A stretch of 64,000 nt of DNA from an uncultured cyanobacterium (GTDB lineage: Bacteria > Cyanobacteriota > Cyanobacteriia > PCC-9006 > JAAUQQ01). The stretch spans positions 2,912,001-2,976,000 of the forward strand of contig OY970368.1 in NCBI GenBank assembly GCA_963718615.1, read 5' to 3'. The notes under the pieces are model-generated. The model saw nothing but the letters and a program-made list of their open reading frames with translations, did not search any database and was not told the origin of the DNA. The position numbers and the translations under genes were made by a program. Below are positions 29,674-42,373 of this stretch, piece by piece. The number at the start of each line of letters is the position of its first letter. Position 1 is the first letter of the stretch.

Positions 29674-30967
29674 TCATTCCCTCTCGTTTGAATCCTCGTT
29701 TGAATCCTCGTTTGAACCCTGGTGTGAGCCATAGTGCAGCATTAACCAAGCCTCGATCGCGTCACCTTGCTGACGTATACGATCTGGGTCCGGGACAATA
29801 TTCAATGACTGCTGACTCCAAACCACAAGTGCGCTTAGCAACGCTTCCCTGGCCCGGAGCAAATAGCGCGCCACCGAGGGTTGAGAACAGCCCATCTGCT
29901 TGGCGATCTGAGATTGAATTAAACCCTGACGATAGTACAGCTCCAGTACCCTTTTCCAGTCGGGTTTAAGGGTGGGAATAGCCTGTTCTAGGACTTGATA
30001 GAGCTGCGATCGCTGCTGCCGTCGTTCGTTCAGCTCCTCCTGAGCAATCAAATTCGTTAACAACGAAGGACTCCCCATAGATCCTTCCAGGGGGAATGCT
30101 GCGAGCGGGATCCGCGACCCGCTCCAAACGCTCTTCTCCCTCCTCGCCAAACTGCATTTGATTGAGCGATTGAACCGGAGGATAAAGATAGTTCCGCAAC
30201 CAACGGGCCGTTTGGGCTAGCCATTGTTCGAGTTGCTGGGGCGTTGCTCGGGGTTGCTCGGGGGATTGGGTTTGGTTGTAGGCTTGGGCGATCGCCTGCC
30301 AATCTTCTGGAGCGGGAGCTACCTGCCGTTTTGTTCCTCCCGGTCCCGGTCCAATCACCCACCCCTCTCGGAAGCAGAGCCAAGCCCACAGATAACGCTG
30401 TTGAAGACTGGGAGAAAGAGATTGTTGATTGAAGGTTTCTTGCAACCGTTTGCGGCTCGTTCGTCGCAATAGGGACCAGTCGCTACAAACATCTAAGGCC
30501 TTTTGCTGTCGCACCGCATCCTTAAGTCGATGGGTAAATGCCAGCTCGGCATAGGTCTCTAAATTGGCACCCCGATCCGGTGAAAACCCCGCAAGAACTT
30601 TCGGAAACTGGGATTGAGCAATCTGAAAATAGTCCGCTAGGGTTTGATACGAAACCGTTACAAACTGTGCCATTTTTTGATGAAACCGATAGCTAGCCCA
30701 GTAGCAGGACTCTTGAACATAGGCGAGCAGATGTTGGGATGGCGTGACGGGGGATGGGGTAGCGGGGGATGAAGACTGGATCTGCTGCCGATACTGCTTA
30801 TACCAGTAATGCTCCCAGGCGATTTTGGCAGTTTGTTGGGGTTGGAGCTGCAACGCTTGTACCATTTTCCGTTTGAGCATTGGATCCCGGCTCCACCGGC
30901 TGGCGGTCCCGGCTTCGAGCTGAAGGAACGTTGAAAAGAGATCAACGAGGTCTTGCCGAGGGCGCAT
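29674..30967 (-). pseudogene. HetZ-related sigma-70 family sigma factor split by a +1 frameshift (ORFs 29966-30967 and 29674-30150)
   Basis: N-part MRPRQDLVDLFSTF..HLLAYVQESCYW..F.PDRGANL..YA..CSDWSLL; region-4 HTH (LELYYRQGLIQSQIA..SQPSVARYL) is in a different frame; removing one base near the C5 tract (30090-30094) gives one 430-aa ORF. Confidence 0.8.
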
Positions 30968-31063
30968 AGGAGAAAATTAGCCAATCAAAACAACAGACGG
31001 GGATTCCACAACGGTCATCTAAATCGGATTTAGCACAACCTCAGTTTAATGATACGATCGCCA

Positions 31064-31216
31064 ACAAGCTAGGGGTGCTCAATTCGGAGGCGCTAAACGT
31101 CAACCTTGCCGCAGACTGTGTGGTTTCGGGCCGTGACGCTTAACAATTCTTCGAACTGAGCTGAGATTACACCCTGAGAACCTGAGACTGGTTAGCACCA
31201 GCGGAGGGAAGCGTTA
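31064..31216 (+). ncRNA. TPP riboswitch with long P3
   Basis: AGGGGTGC...GCTGAGA-TTACACCC-TGAGAACCTGAGACTGGTTAGCACCAGCGGAGGGAAGC core, upstream of a transporter and thiC. Confidence 0.95.
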
Positions 31217-31234
31217 ATTAGAGGTACAGAAAAC

Positions 31235-34205
<2,971 letters not shown>

Positions 34206-34250
34206 ACCTCACGCTTTTTCCAGTAAACCCCATTACCTCCAAAACCCCTT

Positions 34251-34279
34251 GTAGGGCCATCGCAATGCGATGGCCCTAC
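34251..34279. repeat. GTAG-type REP-like palindrome
   Basis: gtagggccatcgca-a-tgcgatggccctac, perfect 14-bp arms, downstream of thiC. Confidence 0.75.
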
Positions 34280-34387
34280 CCTATTCGGCATAAGTTTCAT
34301 GAACCGGACTCCCGTTTGATGGCACTTCGGCTGTTTTTTCGATAGGATTTTGCTGGGATTCAGCTCCTTTCTCTCAGCCTCTATATC

Positions 34388-35020
34388 ATGATTGCGACCA
34401 TCGGTGTTACAAAAGCAATTACCAACCTTAATGTAGCCCACGAGCGCTTAAATTTGCACCCAGCGGCTAATCCCGATTTCTTCGCAGAATGGCAAGGCGA
34501 GTTTGAAGATTTGTCAGCAGCAGATCGAACTTTCTTAGATCGGCTTAAAAGCCGTTATCGTTATTATCAAGCAGATGGATTGATCACCGAAAGTACAGTC
34601 AGCTTAATTTTAGTTGCGCCTCTGCTGGAATATCTAGGTCTTTGTGATCCCCCTTACAAAGTAAAAGGAGAAAAGTACGTCAAGATTGAAATTGAGAATG
34701 GGGCACAGGTGCTAGAGGGATTAATTGACTATTTAGTGATTCAGGATACTTTTTGGCTTGTCTTACTGGAAACAAAACGCTACGGCTTTAGCGTTCTCCA
34801 AGCTTTGCCCCAAACCTTGGCCTATATGGCTAGTGCCGGGTCTTCTCCAAGTTTTGGTTTAATTACAACGGGCGAGGATTATCTCTTGGTCAAACTCGAT
34901 TTATCCTCAAGACAATATGATATTTCAGATAAGTTTACCCTTTCAACCCGTCAAGGAAATCAGCTCTATCAAGTCACACAAATCCTAAAGTTCTTGCTGA
35001 GCTTACACACGTCTACCTAA
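34388..35020 (+). CDS. HsdR N-terminal-like PD-(D/E)xK nuclease family protein
   Basis: E.TV.LILVAPLL, GLIDYLV, LLETKR, ALPQTLAYM, FGLITTG. Confidence 0.75.
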   Translation: MIATIGVTKAITNLNVAHERLNLHPAANPDFFAEWQGEFEDLSAADRTFLDRLKSRYRYYQADGLITESTVSLILVAPLLEYLGLCDPPYKVKGEKYVKIEIENGAQVLEGLIDYLVIQDTFWLVLLETKRYGFSVLQALPQTLAYMASAGSSPSFGLITTGEDYLLVKLDLSSRQYDISDKFTLSTRQGNQLYQVTQILKFLLSLHTST

Positions 35021-35024
35021 GTAA

Positions 35025-35588
35025 TTATCGCCACAACGGTCCCCAGTCGCGATTGTCGTAAAAATGTAGACGACCATACCCTACGAATTGACCCACGCCT
35101 TGTTCTCCCGCCGGAAACACCGTCACCCCAAAGAGATAGATGCCTGCACTCGGCGTTTGAATGGGAGAAAGCGATAGGGTTAGCTGAGTTCCTGGTGCAA
35201 CCGGGGGATCAAAGGCGATCGCCACCGATCGCGCCTGCTGATCCAACGCCACCACCTCCGCTTTGACCGATAATTTGCGATCGCCATTCAAATAGGCAAC
35301 CGTCTTCGACCAATCAAACCGCTCAAACCGATCCGCCCCTTCCTGCTGCTGAATCTCAATTCGTCCTAGGGGTTCACTGGCATCCTCAGGAATTTGCAAA
35401 GTGAAATAGTAGCGACCGCCCCAGGATCTAGCCCGGTCATGGGTCGTAGAGACTTTTTCCAACCGAGGAACGCCGACGAAATGACGACTGCCATCGGAAA
35501 ATTCCACTGCTTTGACTGGAGCGCCTAGCCCATAGGGCCATAAACCGCCCAAAACGGTCAGAAATAATAGGGTTCGCGATCGCACCAT
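35025..35588 (-). CDS. DUF2808 domain exported protein
   Basis: Signal peptide, YYFTL.IP, FDPPVAPG, G.YLFGVT.FP.G, GYGRLHF. Confidence 0.85.
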   Translation of the reverse strand: MVRSRTLLFLTVLGGLWPYGLGAPVKAVEFSDGSRHFVGVPRLEKVSTTHDRARSWGGRYYFTLQIPEDASEPLGRIEIQQQEGADRFERFDWSKTVAYLNGDRKLSVKAEVVALDQQARSVAIAFDPPVAPGTQLTLSLSPIQTPSAGIYLFGVTVFPAGEQGVGQFVGYGRLHFYDNRDWGPLWR

Positions 35589-35629
35589 ACCCCCCCTTGC
35601 ATCGACTGCATCTCCCCCTATGCTAACGC

Positions 35630-36442
35630 TCAGCCCCGATGAATCAGAGCCTTCCAAGCAAACACCGGCAGCGCCAACATCCGTCGCCAGCGCCAAGGCT
35701 CCTGATAGAGGCGATAAACCCATTCCAAATTATTGTTGCGCAGCCAGCCCGGTGCCCGCTGTTTTAGACCAGACCAAATATCAAAACTACCGCCAACGCC
35801 AATCCAGATCGCATGGGGACAAACCTGCCGATAGGCCTGGATCCAACGCTCCTGGCGTGGCACCCCAAGACCCACCAAAATCAACTGGGGCTGAAGCAAC
35901 CGCAACCGGTTGAGGAGATCCGCTTCAGCATCATCCTTGATATAGCCATTTTCGACCCCGACCAAATTGAGCCCCGGTGCCCGCTGCTGCCATTGCTCCG
36001 CCGCTGCGGAGATCACCTCCGGCGCACCCCCATAGAAAAATACAGACCAACCGCGCTGGGCCGCCCGCTGAATCATCGTCTCCGCGAGCTCAATGCCGGG
36101 ACAACGCTGGACTCGCTTGCGCCGTAGCTTGAGGTAAAGCACCACCCCCGCCCCGTCAGGAATGACTAAATCGGCCTGACGGATCACCTGGTCCAAAATG
36201 GGATCCTTTTCGGCTTGGATGGCCATTTCTGCATTGAGCGTCACCACGTGGATACTGTCTTGGGCTTCGAGGCGATCGCCCAACCAACCGGCATAATCAT
36301 CTAAAAGCTGGATCGGCAGACCCAAAACGGAGGCCGCCTGGAGGCCAGTTTGAGGGCCAGTTTTGGGGCCAGTCTGGGAAGTCGCCTGAGTCACAGGATT
36401 GGGGGAAATATTCGACAGGAGCCGACGGGGCGGGAGGGACAT
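35630..36442 (-). CDS. WecB/TagA/CpsF glycosyltransferase
   Basis: VTLNAE, PDGAGV, VGLGVPRQE, GVGGSFD, KQRAP, LEWVYRL.QEP.RWRR. Confidence 0.93.
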   Translation of the reverse strand: MSLPPRRLLSNISPNPVTQATSQTGPKTGPQTGLQAASVLGLPIQLLDDYAGWLGDRLEAQDSIHVVTLNAEMAIQAEKDPILDQVIRQADLVIPDGAGVVLYLKLRRKRVQRCPGIELAETMIQRAAQRGWSVFFYGGAPEVISAAAEQWQQRAPGLNLVGVENGYIKDDAEADLLNRLRLLQPQLILVGLGVPRQERWIQAYRQVCPHAIWIGVGGSFDIWSGLKQRAPGWLRNNNLEWVYRLYQEPWRWRRMLALPVFAWKALIHRG

Positions 36443-36643
36443 GGGTCTCTCGGGGGAGCGATCGCATCAAGGGTTAGCCACACCATCCATCTTTGCGAAC
36501 CAAACGTCAAGCGCATTCACGGGCACACTCACAAGCATATTCAAAAGGGTCCTCAGAAATGCCCTTCCGGGTCTGCGGAGCAATGGTAATATTTAGAAAC
36601 CTGAAGAATCCAATACACCATTTTCAAAAGGACAATTATTTAA

Positions 36644-36781
36644 ATGGATGCAGTCATTCTTTTAGCAAAACTTCCCGAAGCCTATCGGATGTTTGGTCCC
36701 ATGGTGGACATTCTGCCGGTAATTCCGGTCTTCTTCCTGCTGTTGGCCTTTGTTTGGCAAGCAGCGGTGGGCTTCCGCTAA
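36644..36781 (+). CDS. psbK: photosystem II protein K (absent from the ORF track)
   Basis: [45 protein letters not shown]. Confidence 0.98.
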   Translation: MDAVILLAKLPEAYRMFGPMVDILPVIPVFFLLLAFVWQAAVGFR

Positions 36782-36895
36782 GCGGTTCTCGCTAAGAACT
36801 TTTGCGTGGTCTGGCAGCGGATTGATACCCCTTGGCGGTTACCCGTCCCTCTGTCGGTTCATTGCTGTTTTATCGCTAGATTCTAGCTAACCTGG

Positions 36896-36926
36896 GCGTG
36901 TCGCACTGTTGTGAGACACGCTTTTT
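36896..36926 (+). terminator. intrinsic terminator downstream of psbK
   Basis: gcgtgtcgcac-tgtt-gtgagacacgc followed by T5. Confidence 0.7.
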
Positions 36927-36966
36927 GTTGTGGGACAGGCTTTTTATTGAATTATCGGAATTTCCC

Positions 36967-38136
36967 ATGCGGACGATCGCCGACATCAATGACAAAATCC
37001 GCACCGGCCAAGTCACGGTTTGGACCCTAGCGGAAGCCAAGGCCCGGATTGCCCAAATTGGCGTGGTGCAGGCGGCGAAAACCGTTGATGTGATCGTCAC
37101 GGGGACGTTTGAGCCCATGGAAGGTTCGGGGGCCATGATCAACCTGGGTCATACGGATCCCCCGATCAAATTTCGTCAAGCCTGGCTGAATGAGGTTTTA
37201 GCCTATAGCGCCTTTGGGGCGGTGGATTTGTATTTGGGCGCGTCTCAAATGACCGAGGAGCCGGAGGTGGAGCGGGGCGGGGGCCATGTGATTGCGGATC
37301 TGATTGCGGGCAAGCCAGTGACACTGCGGGCGGTGGGTCAGGGAACCGATTGCTATCCGCGCATGGGCCTAGAGACAACGATTAGCAAAGAGACGATCAA
37401 CCAGTTTTATCTGTTTAATCCGCGTAATCTCTACCAGAACTTTATTGTGGGTGTGAATGGAGGCGATCGCCCTCTCCATACCTATCTCGGCCCCCTTCAG
37501 CCCCAACTCGGCAACGCCGTCTATGCTAATCTGGGAGCCCTATCTCCCCTGCTGAATGATCCGGAATTGCGGCTGATCGGGATTGGCACGCGGATTTGGT
37601 TGGGGGGCGGCATTGGCTATGTGGCCTGGGAGGGAACCCAGCATTTTCCGCTGCAAAGGCGCTTGGCCAATGGCACTCCTATGGGTCCGGCGGCAACCCT
37701 GGCGCTGATTGGCGATGCCAAGTTAATGGACCCTCGCTGGGTGCGCGGCTGCTATTTTCGAGGCTATGGTCCTTCCCTCATGCTCGGCGTAGGGGTACCG
37801 TTGCCCGTTTTAGATCAGGCGGTAGTCGAGCGCTGTGCAGTCCAGGATGAAGATGTGGTGGCACCGGTGATCGATTTTTCGATTCCCCGCCGGGTCCGAC
37901 CGACGTTTGGGCTCGTCACCTACGCCCAGCTCAAATCCGGTCGGATCAAAATTGAAGGAAAAACCGTGCGCGTTGCGCCCTTGGCCAGTGGTTATTTATC
38001 TCAGCAGGTGGCGATCGCCCTCAAGCAGGCCATTGTCACCGGTGAGTTTACCTTGACTGAGGCGATCGCCCCACTCCCCACGGACCGCACCTTCATGCCT
38101 CAAAACACCTGGGGAGCTCCTCTGTCGTTAGAGTAA
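36967..38136 (+). CDS. DUF39 homocysteine biosynthesis protein (aspartate-semialdehyde sulfurtransferase-like)
   Basis: VDVIVTGTF.PM..SGA, GGGHVI..LI.GK, NPRN.YQN, IGIGTRIWLGG. Confidence 0.85.
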   Translation: MRTIADINDKIRTGQVTVWTLAEAKARIAQIGVVQAAKTVDVIVTGTFEPMEGSGAMINLGHTDPPIKFRQAWLNEVLAYSAFGAVDLYLGASQMTEEPEVERGGGHVIADLIAGKPVTLRAVGQGTDCYPRMGLETTISKETINQFYLFNPRNLYQNFIVGVNGGDRPLHTYLGPLQPQLGNAVYANLGALSPLLNDPELRLIGIGTRIWLGGGIGYVAWEGTQHFPLQRRLANGTPMGPAATLALIGDAKLMDPRWVRGCYFRGYGPSLMLGVGVPLPVLDQAVVERCAVQDEDVVAPVIDFSIPRRVRPTFGLVTYAQLKSGRIKIEGKTVRVAPLASGYLSQQVAIALKQAIVTGEFTLTEAIAPLPTDRTFMPQNTWGAPLSLE

Positions 38137-38152
38137 TTTCAAGTTTTTTATC

Positions 38153-39115
38153 ATGACCCATGAGACCCAATCTACCACCCCCATGGAGCCCTCCCTCCTC
38201 AACCTCACGATCCTAGGGGCCGGGGTTTGGGGCTCGGCCCTAGCCGGTTTAGCCGCCGAAAATCATCATCCGGTGCGACTCTGGTCGCGGCGAGGTTCGC
38301 TGAGCTTGGCGGAAGCAGTGGAGAACGCAGATATCATTTTGTCGGCCATTTCCATGAAGGGCGTTCCCGAAACCTTGGAAAGGCTCAAAGCCTTGCAGTT
38401 GCCGCGCCACATCATCCTGGCCAGCGCCACCAAGGGACTAGACGCCGCAACCCTGCAAACCCCGTCTCAAATTTGGCAAGCTGCTTTTCCGCATAATCCC
38501 TTTGTGATTCTCTCTGGTCCCAATCTTTCTGAAGAAATTCGCCAGGGACTCCCCGGCGCAACCGCCGTTGCCAGTACCGATCAAAGGGCAGCGGAGCAGG
38601 TGCAGCAGCTTTTCGCCTCCGATCGGTTTCGGGTCTATACCAACAGCGATCCCATTGGAACGGAACTGGGGGGAACGCTCAAAAATGTGATTGCGATCGC
38701 CGTTGGAGTCTGTGATGGCCTTAATCTGGGCACCAATGCCAAGTCTGCCCTAATTACCAGGGCTCTGCCGGAAATTATCCGCATTGGCACCCACCTTGGC
38801 GGTCAGACCGAGACTTTCTTTGGGTTGTCGGGGCTGGGGGATTTACTCGCCACCTGTAGCAGTGCCCTCAGCCGCAACTATCGCGTGGGCTATGGCCTAG
38901 CCCAGGGCAAAACCCTGGCGCAAATTCTCACCGAACTGCAGGGCACGGCGGAAGGCATCAATACAACGCGGGTGTTGATTCCCCTGGCAGCGCGGGAGCA
39001 AATTCCGGTGCCGATTTCGCGATTGGTCTATCTGCTCTTGGAAGGCAAAATTACGCCCCAGCAAGCGATCCAAGCCTTGATGGCACGGGATCTGAAGGCT
39101 GAGGGGATTGATTAA
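38153..39115 (+). CDS. gpsA: NAD(P)H-dependent glycerol-3-phosphate dehydrogenase
   Basis: [42 protein letters not shown]. Confidence 0.95.
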   Translation: MTHETQSTTPMEPSLLNLTILGAGVWGSALAGLAAENHHPVRLWSRRGSLSLAEAVENADIILSAISMKGVPETLERLKALQLPRHIILASATKGLDAATLQTPSQIWQAAFPHNPFVILSGPNLSEEIRQGLPGATAVASTDQRAAEQVQQLFASDRFRVYTNSDPIGTELGGTLKNVIAIAVGVCDGLNLGTNAKSALITRALPEIIRIGTHLGGQTETFFGLSGLGDLLATCSSALSRNYRVGYGLAQGKTLAQILTELQGTAEGINTTRVLIPLAAREQIPVPISRLVYLLLEGKITPQQAIQALMARDLKAEGID

Positions 39116-40346
39116 GCGCGACTGGATTGGCCATTGCCGAATTGACAATTGCTGAATTAACCACTGACGGCTGGATCAATTGATACAACGTATCGCGCTG
39201 GGCGGCAGGACGTCCGAGGGAGGCGATCGCCCCCTCCAAAACCTCCACGGTCTGACAAGTTCCCCCCTGGGCTCCAGCCATACTGGTAATGTGCTCCTCC
39301 ATCAGGGTTCCCCCAAGGTCATTACAGCCCCAACGCAACGCCGTCGTCGCCCCCGCCAACCCCAGCTTGACCCAGCTGGGCTGATGGTTTTGGATCCAGC
39401 GACCCAAAAAGAGCCGACTCACCGCTGTCAATCGCAGCGCATCGGCCAAAACTGGCTGGTCCCGGCCCACCCGTCGCCGGAGCGGTTGGGGGGCATGGAG
39501 ACCGACAAAGGGCAACAGAATAAATTCGCTGATGCGAGCTGGATAGGCTTTGTGTTCGGCGGTTTGTTGGAGCGATCGCAACTGGGCCAAATGCTCCATC
39601 TGCTGCAGCGGCGTTTCAATATGGCCCGAGAGCATCGTGCTCGTCGTCGGCAATCCCAAGCGGTGAGCCGTTTCCACAATCTCTAGCCAAGTGGCTGTGT
39701 CAATCTTTTCGGGGCACAGTACCCGCCGCACCTGATCATCCAACACCTCCGCTGCGGTCCCTGGCATTGACCCGACCCCAGCCTCCTGCAACGCTGCAAT
39801 CACAGTTTCATAACTCAGACCATCCTGCCGTGCGATAAATTGCACTTCCTGGGGCGAAAACGCATGGAGATGAATGGCAGGGAAAGCCTGTTTAATAGTT
39901 TTGATTAATTTGAGATAAAACGAGAGGGATTTTCCCGCCAATTTTGCCGCTGGATTTAGCCCTCCCTGCATACAAATTTCTGTTGCCCCTCGGGCCACGG
40001 CATCCGCTGTTTTTTCTAAAATTTGCTCCCAACCCAGTTCATAAGCTCCGGCAGCATCCTCATCCCGTCGAAAAGCACAAAAACTGCAATGCTGTTCGCA
40101 AATATTGGTGAAATTGATATTGCGATTGACCACATAGGTCACCGTTTCACCAACCAGTTGTTTTCGCAATCGATCTGCCGCCTGCTGGATCTGGGCGATC
40201 GCCCCCGCTTCCCGTTGTTCCAACAACCAAACGCCCTCCGCAACGGTCAAGGCGTGATCCTCCGGGCAAGCAGGATCTAAAATCCGGTCCAAGATTTGAT
40301 CTAAGGCAAAGGATTGAGCAGAAACGAATTGGGAAGAAACAATCAT
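39051..40346 (-). CDS. cofH: FO synthase subunit CofH (radical SAM)
   Basis: [47 protein letters not shown]. Confidence 0.92.
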   Translation of the reverse strand: MIVSSQFVSAQSFALDQILDRILDPACPEDHALTVAEGVWLLEQREAGAIAQIQQAADRLRKQLVGETVTYVVNRNINFTNICEQHCSFCAFRRDEDAAGAYELGWEQILEKTADAVARGATEICMQGGLNPAAKLAGKSLSFYLKLIKTIKQAFPAIHLHAFSPQEVQFIARQDGLSYETVIAALQEAGVGSMPGTAAEVLDDQVRRVLCPEKIDTATWLEIVETAHRLGLPTTSTMLSGHIETPLQQMEHLAQLRSLQQTAEHKAYPARISEFILLPFVGLHAPQPLRRRVGRDQPVLADALRLTAVSRLFLGRWIQNHQPSWVKLGLAGATTALRWGCNDLGGTLMEEHITSMAGAQGGTCQTVEVLEGAIASLGRPAAQRDTLYQLIQPSVVNSAIVNSAMANPVALNQSPQPSDPVPSRLGSLAGA

Positions 40347-40462
40347 GGCAACAGTAACAGAAATAAGGTTCAAAATTCCTGCCCCTATTATTAATCTTCC
40401 TCCGTAATCTTGCGGGTGGCGATCGCGGCGATCCCTGTGCTATCCTTAAGGTGCTAGCAAAG

Positions 40463-40560
40463 AGTTCGTATTCGGAAGACTAATCTTGTTTCATTTTCGG
40501 CTGTTTCAAGTTCATCTCCGTCCAACTCGCTACGTTGTTGTTGACTAAGGAGATGTCCTC
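40463..40560 (+). promoter_or_regulatory. rbp-type 5' UTR
   Basis: TTCGGAAGAC and CATCTCCGT elements resembling the conserved boxes of cyanobacterial rbp leaders; AGGAG RBS. Confidence 0.4.
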
Positions 40561-40872
40561 ATGTCTATTTATGTTGGTAATTTGTCCTACGAAGTGACCA
40601 GTGAATCCCTTGAAGAGGTATTTGCTGAGTATGGCAAGGTCAAGCGCCTCAGCTTGCCCATGGATCGCGAAACCGGTCGTCCTCGGGGCTTTGCCTTTGT
40701 GGATATGTCCGCTGATGCGGAAGAAACCGCTGTAATCGAAGCCCTTGACGGCGCTGAGTGGATGGGTCGCGAAATGCGAGTCAATAAAGCAAAGCCCCGC
40801 ACCGAGTCTGGCTCCGGTTCGTTCGGTGGCGGCGGCGGTGGCGGTGGTAACTATCGTCGTAATTCCTGGTAA
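40561..40872 (+). CDS. RRM RNA-binding protein (Rbp family)
   Basis: RNP2 IYVGNL, RNP1 RGFAFV, Gly-rich tail. Confidence 0.96.
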   Translation: MSIYVGNLSYEVTSESLEEVFAEYGKVKRLSLPMDRETGRPRGFAFVDMSADAEETAVIEALDGAEWMGREMRVNKAKPRTESGSGSFGGGGGGGGNYRRNSW

Positions 40873-40906
40873 GCAGGAATCCCTCACTAGCTCCTAGCTT
40901 TTGATG

Positions 40907-40941
40907 CAAAGCCCTGGCCTTAGCGGTCAGGGCTTTTGTTT
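40907..40941. terminator. bidirectional terminator-like hairpin
   Basis: aaagccctggcc-ttagc-ggtcagggcttttgttt between convergent genes. Confidence 0.7.
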
Positions 40942-41795
40942 GGGATTTTGGGATAATTTTCTGAGGTCGTTTTGCCCGGAATGAGCAATCCTTGGCTGGG
41001 GCTAAAGAGGAGCGTTAGAAAGAAAAGGACAAAGACAGTAAGCGCGATCGCTGGTCCCGAAGGCAGATCAAGATAGTAGCTCAAGTACAGCCCAATCACA
41101 CTCGCCAAAGCGCCTAGGCCAGACCCTAGAATAATCATCCAGTGGAGCTCCTTGACGAGCAGGTAGGCGGCGATCGCCGGTCCCACCATCAGCGCCATGA
41201 CCAAAATCGCACCAACGGCTTTCATCCCGGTAATAATCGCCAGCGTCATCGCCCCCATGAGGGCTAGATTAATCCCGTGGACCGGGAGCCCTAAGGCTTC
41301 AGCCCCTCGTCGATCAAAGGTAAAGCAAAGCAGCGGTCGGTAAAACAGCTTAATGGCACACAGCACAAACAGCGTGATCCCGGCCATTTGCCAAACATCC
41401 GCACGGCTCACGCTGAGAATATTGCCAAACAGCAGATCTTCTAAGGAAAGATAATTTTTTAGCTTCGTCAGTAGCACCACTCCAAGGGCAAAAAAGCTCG
41501 ATAGACACAGCGCCATAATGCCATCGGCCTTGACCCGTGATTGTGTTCGCACCCAGGCGACGATCGTCGTGCTCAAAATACCAGAAACAAAGGCCCCAAT
41601 CAGTAAATTGATGCCCCAAAAATGAGCCAGGGCCAACCCTGGCAACACCGCATGGGCCACCACATCCCCCAACATGGCCATCCGCTGGACCACGAGGTAG
41701 GCTCCCACCGCAGGACAGAGAATTCCTACCAAAATCCCCGCCACTAAGGCATTGCGCATAAACTCAAATTGCAGCGGATCGAGAAACCAGTGCAT
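40920..41795 (-). CDS. metal ABC transporter permease (ZnuB/MntB, ABC-3)
   Basis: FMRNAL, GDVVAHAVLPG, LLFGNIL, VGAILV.AL, DLPSGPAI. Confidence 0.92.
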   Translation of the reverse strand: MHWFLDPLQFEFMRNALVAGILVGILCPAVGAYLVVQRMAMLGDVVAHAVLPGLALAHFWGINLLIGAFVSGILSTTIVAWVRTQSRVKADGIMALCLSSFFALGVVLLTKLKNYLSLEDLLFGNILSVSRADVWQMAGITLFVLCAIKLFYRPLLCFTFDRRGAEALGLPVHGINLALMGAMTLAIITGMKAVGAILVMALMVGPAIAAYLLVKELHWMIILGSGLGALASVIGLYLSYYLDLPSGPAIALTVFVLFFLTLLFSPSQGLLIPGKTTSENYPKIPNKSPDR

Positions 41796-41898
41796 GTCAA
41801 ACCTTGAGGGAACCGACAGTTGAGCCAAACAGGCCCTACGCTAATCCTAGACCGAAGCGATCGGTTAACATGGTGCCAATCTGCGAAATCATTACACT

Positions 41899-42366
41899 AT
41901 GAACAAGCCTTTCTTACTCCCCTTGGCATTGCTCACGGCCCTGGCCATTCCCACTCAGGCCCTGGCTCACTCCGTTGAAACCAACTATTTGGTCGATATC
42001 AACAAGCAGCTAGAGCTGGAAACGGTTTTTAGTACGGGCGAACCGCTCCAGGGCGCAACGGTGCGGGTTTATGCTCCTGGCAATTCCCAGACCCCCTGGC
42101 TGGAGGGCAAAACCGACGAGAATGGCAAGTTTACCTTTAAGCCCGACAGCAAAATTCCAGGGGATTGGGAAGTCTCCATCAAAGACCAAGGCCATGCCGA
42201 TATTTTGACCGTTCCCGTGGACGACAAGGGTGTGGAAGTTGACGAAATCAGCGAAGCCATGGGCGTTCATATGCACTATGCTACGGGACCTTTGGCGGCC
42301 TTTGGCACGCTGATCGTGGGTGGCGTTTGGGTCTTCAAGCGTCGTCGCCAGTCACCCAAGGTCTAG
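41899..42366 (+). CDS. exported NikL/CbiL-like beta-sandwich protein with C-terminal anchor
   Basis: Signal peptide ALA-H, FSTGEP..GA.V.V, G.TDENG.F.F.P..PG.W.V, GH, C-terminal TM. Confidence 0.65.
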   Translation: MNKPFLLPLALLTALAIPTQALAHSVETNYLVDINKQLELETVFSTGEPLQGATVRVYAPGNSQTPWLEGKTDENGKFTFKPDSKIPGDWEVSIKDQGHADILTVPVDDKGVEVDEISEAMGVHMHYATGPLAAFGTLIVGGVWVFKRRRQSPKV

Positions 42367-42373
42367 CTCAGGT

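Noticed and set aside
34388-35020. Restriction-modification or defence island (HsdR-like gene, two Uma2 genes)
   Set aside because: Stand-alone genes of families that are expanded in cyanobacteria; no methylase or specificity subunit adjacent
36782-36966. SAM/SAH riboswitch ahead of the DUF39 gene
   Set aside because: Only a terminator hairpin is recognisable; it is best explained as the psbK terminator
39051-39115. Convergent overlaps gpsA/cofH and cbiO/RTX (46594-46619) as regulatory devices
   Set aside because: Short overlaps of non-conserved C-terminal tails; no further evidence of function
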